Assembly: GCA_951406725.2 (NCBI GenBank)
Contig: OX597832.1
Span: 61,938,001-62,002,000, forward strand
Source: Octopus vulgaris
Lineage: Eukaryota
Direction of reading: 5' to 3'
Length of the DNA stretch: 64,000 bases
Shown here: positions 55,186-64,000 of the stretch, piece by piece
How the letters are laid out: each line of letters begins with the position of its first letter
How positions within the stretch are numbered: position 1 is the stretch's first letter
Position numbers and translations under genes: made by a program
The notes under the pieces: generated by a model
Told to the model about the DNA's origin: nothing
The model's input: the letters and a program-made list of their open reading frames with translations, nothing else
Databases searched by the model: none

Positions 55186-55452
55186 CATGTGTATTTGTGT
55201 GTCTGTGTTTGTAACCTCACCATCGCTTGACAACCGATGCTGGTGTATTTATGTGCCCGTAACTTGGCAGTTCGGCAAAACTGACGGATAGAATAGGTAC
55301 TAGGCTTACAAAGAATAAGTTATAAGTTATAAGTGTCAAATAAGTACTAGGGCTACAAAGAATAAGAACAAGGTTCGATTTGTTCGATCAAAGGTGGTGC
55401 TCCAGCATGGCCGCAGTCAAATGACTGAAACAAGTAAAAGAATAAAAGAGTA
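54325..55452 (+). mobile_element. SINE family A with head (54325-54472) and 3' body (55195-55452) separated by ~720 bp of microsatellites and inserted sequence
   Basis: Head ccacatggttccgggctcggtgcgtggtaccttgggcaagtg; body catcgcttgacaaccgatgctggtg..gactgaaacaagtaaaag. Confidence 0.7.
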
Positions 55453-55782
55453 TTATGTATATGCATACATACATTCATACATACACATAGATAGATAGAT
55501 ACGTACCTAAACAGGAAGTTACCTAGATAGATATAAAAATAGATAAATAGATATACTTATACATATATAGATAAATAAATGGAGTTAAACGCAGGTGTTA
55601 TTCAAATATATTTACATATACATATATACAGACACACAGGCAGACACAAACATATATATATATATTCACATACATTTGCATATATATATGTATATATGTA
55701 TGTATGTATGTATGAAAGTATCTACATGTAAATACATTTTCATACACACACACTCACCCACAAACACACACACACACATATA

Positions 55783-56015
55783 TATTTCTTTACTGCCTAC
55801 AAGGGGCTAAACATAGAGGGGACAAACAAGGACAGAGAAACGGATTAAGTCGATTACATCGACCCCAGTGCGTAACTGGTATTTATTTAATCGACCCCGA
55901 AAGTATGAAAGGCAAAGTCGACCTCGGCAGAATTTGAACTCAGAACGTAACGGCAGACGAAGAACGGCTACGCATTTCGCCCGGCGTGCTAACGTTTCTG
56001 CCAGCTCGCCGCCTT
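55783..56015 (-). mobile_element. SINE family B (Meta-like), full-length
   Basis: Minus strand aaggcggcgagctggcagaaacgttagcacgccgggcgaaatgc..gactttgcctttcatactttcggggtcgatt. Confidence 0.9.
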
Positions 56016-57409
56016 TATCACACACATATATAGACACTATGCATATGTCCGAAATCTCAAAACAGTGTATTGTCGCCCCCTCTCGTGCATTCTCCCTTTC
56101 TGTCTCTCTCTAATTCACTCCTTCTTTGTCTCTGTGTATATCTCCGTCCCCTATCTGACTATATCTTTTCTCTGTCTAATTACCTCTGGATGCCATCTCG
56201 CCGGATCTCTATCATTGTCAATTGCATCTAAACACACAGAAACACACATACGTACACACAGTCCATCACTTTGTCTGTCTCTCTCTCCTTTTCCCCATTT
56301 CTCCATTTCTCTCTCTTTCCCTCTCTCTCTCTCTCTCTCTCTCTACGCCTCTCCCTAAAACATTCCCTTTTTCCACTCGCGTTCACATCGCAACCTTTTC
56401 TACGGAAACCTTACCATCTGGTCCCGGTGTCATTTCCTTGCCTAAATCCCCTCTAATCCCCAACTCCTTGTCGATCTCCATCATTGATCCTTCTCAATTG
56501 TAATGTTTTCTCCCTAATCCAACATACATAACCCGAAACTTCAACCTTCAAAACCAATTACCAGGCATGCTTAAAGCTACCATTTCAAAAACAACATGGC
56601 GGGGAACTCGGAAATTTTACAGACGTCCTTACCAACAAAATAGTGACTACAGAATAATCTAAAGCTGACGCTCAGTGTAAAATCTTCAAAAATTATTCTC
56701 TATCCTTGCAAGATTCACAAGGAGTCACAAAGTTTGAATGGAAAGCAATTTCTATTTAATTAACTTTGTCACTTGACCCGTACATAATTCTGAGAACATG
56801 TATTAAAGTCATTGCTATTGTTACCGTCAATGTTTAATTCCAGATCAAACCGGATCGGGCTTGTCAAAAATCATACGGGGTACGATTCGGGTAGAGAGAG
56901 CTCTGATGATTATACATTATTCTTTAATTTCATATTTAAAACTCTACTCCTGGCAAATACTATGAAGAAATTTTCATCTCCCTTGTTTTAACTGTGCGTT
57001 AGGTTACAACACATGATACACAAACATACACACACATACAGGCCACTCACACACACACACTCACACACATACACTGACGCACACACACTCACACACACAC
57101 TCACACACACACATGTAGAAAATGAACGATATCAATCGTATGCACGTCATATGTTTTACATATCAGTTGAGAATTATAGACTGCCTTGTGATAAAAAAAT
57201 CGATTTGTATTGCTGTTGTTGTACTGCAGTATTGAATAATTTATCACAAAGAAATTCCGTTCGTGGGTGTGTCGCAAAAAATTGGCTGAAGCGGTAGAAC
57301 ACCAGACGACCTGGCTGGTGGAATTTAACCACGGACTCATTAGGTACAAATCCTTCAAAATGTCTTCAGTATGTTGCAAACACAGACCCAATGATGCAAT
57401 GTTTCGTTA

Positions 57410-57745
57410 CTCCGTGGCTCAGTGGTTAGAGTGTCCGGCTCACAATCATGAGTGAGTTTGATTCCCTGACCGGCTGTGTGTTGTTTTCTTGAGCAAGACA
57501 CTTTATTTCATGTTTCTCCAGTTCCTGTAGCTGTAGGAGTGAGGTGCGACATCACTGGTGTCCAGGTGTGTCTGCTTTTACTTTTCCTTTGGACAAAATC
57601 GGTGGTGTAGAGAAGGGAGGCTCGTGTTCATGTGCAACTGCTGGTCTTCACCAAACAACCTTGCCTGGACTTGTGCCGCGAAGGGGAACATTCTTGGCGC
57701 ATTTCCATGGTCATTCATGACCGAAAAAGTTCTTTACGCTTTAAC
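57410..57745 (+). mobile_element. SINE family C (CORE-like)
   Basis: gtggctcagtggttagagtgtccggctcacaatc..cttgagcaagacactttatttca..catggtcattcatgaccgaa. Confidence 0.82.
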
Positions 57746-58002
57746 CTTTATATACAATCATATATACAAGGATCAATGTATTTCTGAAGTAGTAAGGTGC
57801 ATATAATCTCCATTCAGGACCCCGCTACGTGTTTCTATGTCACAATCACTCGATTAACGTATTATTTCTGGGCTGTATACTTTAGTCAATTATATCTATG
57901 GAATTATTTATTCATCCATTTTTCTTTTTAACCCTGGCAAATATCTTCCACTATGTTTACGGAGAGAACAGAAACTATCCATTTGAAAAGTTCGAAAGTG
58001 TA

Positions 58003-58420
58003 TGAGGATGCTACGAAACCAACTTCACCCTACACTTCTCCGTATAAAACACACATCTTCTATCAGGTATGTACTTCCGCTTTGGAATTGCCCATGCCAC
58101 ACAAAACGTTGTGTACAACGCATTGCTTTGTCACCATAAGCTTTCCGAAGCATGATCAATGGAATCCGGCCTGGAAGTTGATTTCTGTAATCAAGTTGAG
58201 GACCTTCTGCGATTTGGTCTTGACCTCGACAACGGGTGTTAAAATGGTGAACTTTGGGCTGCGTTTTCGTTTTACAGAAGAGATGGAAGCCTGCAGGTGC
58301 TAAATCTGGCGAATGGAGTGGGTGTGGAAACAATATCATGTTGTCTTTGGTGAGAAACTCATGAGTGAATGGAGTTCGTTGACAGGGTGCATTGTCATCA
58401 TGAAGAATCCATTTGGAAAG
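58003..58420 (-). mobile_element. Mariner (DD34D-type) transposase remnant with rearranged domain order
   Basis: WILHDDNAPCQ..PHPLHSPDLAPAGFHLF (catalytic motifs) precedes LRKAYGDKAMRCTQRFVW (HTH motif) on the same strand. Confidence 0.8.
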
Positions 58421-58452
58421 TTCGAAAGCGTAAAGCACACACACACAGACAC

Positions 58453-58515
<63 letters not shown>

Positions 58516-58870
58516 ACACACACACATACACACACACACACACACACGCGCGCGCACACATTTACTCACATAAATATACACACGCATTGCTTTCAGATTC
58601 TGGCACAAGTCCGGCAATACAGGATAAGGTCCAAGTCGATTACATCGTTCCCAGAGTCCAATTGGTACATATTTTATCGGTCTCGATAGGATGAAATGAA
58701 GAGTCAACCATGGCAGAAGTTGAAGTCAGCAAGAAAAGACGCATGAAATGCGCGCCCACAGACACAAACATATTAATGCTTGTTTTCATCCTGCTAGTCT
58801 TACTCTGACAGTCCGACGAAGATTATTAGGCCGAGAATTTGAAGTCGCTGTCACTTCGTTTGCTGTAATG

Positions 58871-59290
58871 GTATATTTATACACACACACAAACACGCGC
58901 GGACACACATATATACATATGTGTGAAGTATATATCTATGTGCCTGTGAGCACATAACTGTACCTTTCTGTTTGTGTATCCATATAATATATATGTGGAT
59001 ATATATATTTATAAATATCTTCATAAAGACGTGTACTCACATGGTTGTGTGTGTGTGTATGCGTATATGTATGTATGCATGTATATTTATACACACACAC
59101 AAACACGCGCGGACACACATATATACATATGTGTGAAGTATATATCTATGTGCCTGTGAGCACATAACTGTACCTTTCTGTTTGTGTATCCATATAATAT
59201 ATATGTGGATATATATATTTATAAATATCTTCCTAAAGACGTGTACTCACATGGGTGTGTTTGTGTGTATGCGTATATGTATGTATGCAT
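58871..59290. repeat. 210-bp tandem duplication (2 near-identical copies)
   Basis: gtatatttatacacacacacaaacacgcgcggac starts at 58871 and 59081. Confidence 0.95.
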
Positions 59291-59295
59291 GTATA

Positions 59296-59346
<51 letters not shown>

Positions 59347-59500
59347 ATATGCATATATATATACATATGTATACATATATATATATATGCATGTATATAT
59401 AAATGCATAAATATATGCATACATGTATACATATATGCATATATATACATATATATATATATGCATATAGATATACATATATATATATATATATAGATAC

Positions 59501-59553
<53 letters not shown>

Positions 59554-59696
59554 CATACATACATACATACATACATACATACACTAATAAATATGTCAAC
59601 CAGAATATGGATGAGTTAAATATGCATCCATCTCTGCCTACAACTTAATGTAGATGATTCATTTACGAATCTCTCTCTCCTCTCTCCTTCTCTCAT

Positions 59697-59808
<112 letters not shown>

Positions 59809-60009
59809 TACACACACATATATACTTACCTGAGTCTGCGTGTGTGCATATCTGGATATGTGCGTGAGTGTGTTCGCATATGAACGTATACGTTCGCGTG
59901 TAGTCTCTCTTGTATTTAGTAATCCAGCAGGTTTTATCTAAGGGTTTTGGGCGTGGGGTTACTGGACTCCCCTCCGCTTCCCTCCCGTGGCTTATGTTTT
60001 AATCAGGCT

Positions 60010-61724
60010 ATTCTGTATCTCGCAGCCATCTTCATATTTGTTCAGATCTCAGGAAGTAGTCCCGCTCTTAATGTCATTATGCATTCTATTTTATCGTAAA
60101 ATAATATCCCTTCGTTTATTCCGCATCCAATCTCGTTAACATACTCTCGTTTTGGTGACTCATCACTCACCTTCCAATCTAGAGGCAATCTTCCACCTAG
60201 TCGCTGAGTTTGGCTAGAAATAGCAGCTAAAATATCTCGCCCTCCTTCTAATCAAATTCAATGTAAACATTGAATTCAAAATAGTTTGTCATTTCTGATG
60301 CTAGTTTAAAAATTTCACGTTTCATACGTCTTTGATCAGAATTTTGCTTGATCAGGGTTGTTCTGGGATTAAATGAACAAAACATCATCAAAAACAACAA
60401 CGAAACAATTGCAATAACAACAACATTGGGAGGCGATTGGTTAACGACGGAGACAGGACGTGTTCGCTCGACCTGCTGGAAATAACAGCCAAAATTCTAA
60501 ATAAGGACGCTTTGGATAATACAGTTCTCGATATAGATACAGAATGGATGGCCATGTTTAGAAAGACTTTGATGCTACTTCTGCTGACTCGGCATTAAAC
60601 AAACGACGACAGCAGCAGGAGTAATTTTGAAAAAATGGATCAACAAAAGGGCCTGCATGTGGTCTCTTGACCTGCTAGAAATAACAGTAAAATGTTTTCT
60701 TACAAGAACTTGACATCGTTTAGAAAAACAGTGAAGAACAGGAACTTATACGATAGCTAGGAAAAAAACAGGATGGTCACGGTAGGAACATGTTTTGATC
60801 AGGGCCCGTCTAGGGCTAAATAAATGGTCAGGCATAGTTGAAGAATGTTCTATGTGGCCATTCAACCTGGTAGAAATACCAACCAACTCTACACGATCTC
60901 ACACTTTATCACTGTATATATACACGTATATACATATGTTTATTGTTTTGTTTTACTTTCATATATATATATGGAAGTTATTCTGTGCAAAAACTAAAAT
61001 AAGGAGACAAGCATCTCCTGTCTGAGTTTAGGGAGTTTCCTATATAAGAATTAATTGGTTTGTGAACGGGGGTGCAGTTGTGTATATACTTACGCACCCG
61101 GGTAATGAGTATATATATATATATACATTTTTTTTTCTTTTAACTACACGAGTGCATGCGAGTACATCTGTGTATTCACGTCATATCAACACGTGACTGT
61201 ATGTATATCGTCATTCTAAGAAATTAAAATGGCGGAAATTCGGAAGATTTTACAAAGATTTTCACTGCATCATTAATTGATGGGATGTGTAAGATGTGAA
61301 TCAGTTCCATTTGTTCTTTCTTGGGAACCTCCTTCATTTCTAGGCTTGTTTTCAAAACAGCCTTTCGCACAATCCTTATACTTATAGTTACAAAACTCTA
61401 TATCCTCGGTATAAAAGTCTACACCCGAGACACAAAAACTAGAAGTTTTGTCTCAGTTCTCTATACTTACTTAAATTTAGGTTTCCCCACATCGGGCGGT
61501 GCATTTGGCAGTCACCCTCAGTTCTTCGCTCCATCTTAGATTTACCAGTTTAGGGTCTTTATCGATCGTCTGATCTTAGTTCATCCTAAGGATTAACCAG
61601 ACTACCCTGTATCTAGCAGCTATCTTCTTATTTGTTCAGATCTCCGGAAGTCGTTCCACCCGTAATGTCATTATGCATTCTGTTTTATTGTAAAATAATA
61701 TCCCTTCGTTTATTCCAATCTCGT
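60010..61724. repeat. ~125-bp dispersed direct duplication (60010-60136 / 61603-61724)
   Basis: ctgtatct.gcagc.atcttc.tatttgttcagatctc.ggaagt..taatgtcattatgcattct.ttttat.gtaaaataatatcccttcgtttattcc. Confidence 0.85.
60205..60895. repeat. Decayed ~200-260-bp tandem of an old dispersed repeat
   Basis: A gctagaaata(g/a)cag-like motif recurs at ~60214, 60472, 60671 and 60866. Confidence 0.55.
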
Positions 61725-63453
61725 GAGTCTTTTTGTTGTTCGTCTTATAATATGTCGCAACGAACTCAGCCGATGTCAGCTTCTGGTTATGGACAATTGG
61801 CATTGGTCTACTCTTCTGACCTGTCTGTTGCTGAGAAAGTCATCTTATTCGATGCCATACATTTTAAGTCTTTTCTACAACTTCACATGAAACGTTAAAA
61901 TCCGCTGGACAACTGACAACAGCCGATGTTCTCTCACCCGTAAACCAATACCAACACTATTGGTTTACCGTCGGTTTTTATAGAAATGCACCAACAGCAT
62001 TCCTTATTTTTAACGGTGTCGAGTATAATTTCACTTCTGGTGGTCATGAGGTTCTTCTGGAACTTAATATGTTGCCACAGATTAGAAGCAGAGGAACAGG
62101 CACCATTAAATACTTATCTTATTTCGGTTGGATACGCATGTCATCCACCTGGTTGAATATTTGCATTCCTATTAAGATGTATAAGATGCTGATAGCAGCA
62201 AGAGATAACATTATTGATCAGGAAATGAACTTTTTATTGCGCAATGAAAATCTGCAGAAACAAACTGCGCGATCAATTTGACCCCATTGACAAAAACATA
62301 AGGTCAATAATATTGAAGCTGAAATTGAGCTGTAGCAAAATATAGAGCACGAATCTGAACATCACGTAACGCTAAATTAAATGCGCCATTTGTCCTAAGA
62401 TGATGTATCTTATAGACGTACAATGTTAAAAGTCACGAAAATATATCAGCAACAGAGGGAAATCGTCCATTAGTGATGATGTTACTGCTAGATGGGTATT
62501 TCTGCTAATTTGGTCATCTTCAAATGAAGATATCCACAGACAACCGCATGCAAGGAAAATATCCGTCGTTACTTATACAGGAAAATAATGAATGAAAATT
62601 CGCAGATGTCGCAATCAATTGGATTTTCAAGTAAACCAAGTGTTGAAATCCAGAACAAAAATCCCGCCATACGGAAAAATATCATTTCAGACTTCATTAT
62701 ATGATTGTGCCCTCTGCCCATTTTTCGTCTTCTAACCCGAAGTCATGCTACTGTAGTGACGATTCCTCATACTTTTCTCTTATTTGGAAATGCCAGTCTA
62801 TATTGCAAAATTTGTTCCAAAGCTGAGTAGGTAACGTGTGCATATATTTAAGATCTGCCGTATTTACCAGCGTACAAGACGCGTTTGTTTTATTACTAAC
62901 TGTATCCAAAACTCGTTCTGCATCTAATAGATTGAAGACACTGAGTGTTTTTGGTCAGAAAGCTGTATAAGCATAAATCCACCAGGTACTATAATTGTTA
63001 CTGGTAATAAAATATAGAAAACAAGCCAAAATATCATAGTCTATTGGCATAACGGTATTAAAATGGAGCCAGCAATACATTGTCAAAAATGCAGGAAGAC
63101 CAGATCGTGTCATTATCGCTCCTTCCTCAGCAGATGTATAAACCACCGTTGACATATGACTTCCATTATTAATTAAATTACTCATTCCTGTACTAATATG
63201 TAAATGGCTGGGTATTCCACAGACATGTGTACCCTTGACATTATTCACAGTTTGAATCAGCGATACTGTTTGAATTGAAGACAGAATTCACCCGACATAT
63301 TTGTAGACACTTTGCGTCTACCCAGCTTCACTCACAAGACATGGAGCTACCCGAGGCAATGGAAAATTACATTTGACCAAGGGTCCCTCCAGAGAGATCG
63401 AACCCGGCGAACATAAATTTAAAGAAAACGACTTAACCATTCAGCGATGCTGA

Positions 63454-63521
<68 letters not shown>

Positions 63522-63526
63522 CTCTA

Positions 63527-63582
<56 letters not shown>

Positions 63583-64000
63583 CATATAGATATAGGTAGA
63601 GAGGTACATAAATAATTACACACAAACACACAAACACACACATACACACATACACACAGACATACACACGCGCGCGCGCACATGATTTTTATCTTATTGT
63701 TGTTTCGGCAAACTTTCTCTGGTTAATTATTTCTGCGCTACTTCATTTTACTTTCGAATTAACATAAGCTTAATCCAAACGTCTTTATTAGATCAATTTC
63801 TATGCCACCTTATCTAAAAGTGAATTAACATAATCTTACTCTTAAACTTCTTTAACACATTCCGCCTTTATACCCTGCACTATGAAAGTAAATCTTATTA
63901 AATTCGATATCACCCTCCAATTTGATAAGACGCTGCTTGAAAATTGCACCCACATATAGACACACACATGTATATACACACACATACATACACACACACA

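Noticed and set aside
58871-59290. 210-bp duplication as a second retrozyme
   Set aside because: Low-complexity unit with no ribozyme core; a simple local duplication.
61224-61234. YY1-like site AAAATGGCGG as a promoter
   Set aside because: A single short motif with no CpG island or downstream gene evidence.

Overview
Gene-poor, AT-rich eukaryotic DNA, probably intronic or intergenic. The SINE families and the microsatellite density resemble octopus (coleoid cephalopod) genomes; this is inferred from memory of those families, not from a search. I find no credible host protein-coding exon. Nearly all listed ORFs are translations of (TA)n, (TG)n, (TATC)n or trinucleotide tracts. The recognisable content is four tRNA-headed SINE families, decayed Tc1/mariner and hAT elements and MITEs, R4/Dong-type and RTE-type LINE fragments, and many Penelope-like (PLE) pseudo-LTR remnants carrying hammerhead-ribozyme (HHR) motifs. 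The standout feature is a 3.6-kb, almost perfectly homogeneous, ORF-free tandem array at 49503-53125: six ~536-bp units plus a partial seventh. Each unit carries an intact type I hammerhead (CUGACGA ... GAAAC-AAUU-GUC) with a self-complementary helix III and an unusually long helix II. The array has a 110-bp inverted 5' arm and sits inside a (TA)n tract. This fits a retrozyme/PLE-derived system predicted to self-process into 535-536-nt monomers and possibly circular RNAs. About a dozen more intact-to-decayed hammerheads and one decayed HDV-like ribozyme candidate are scattered through the window.
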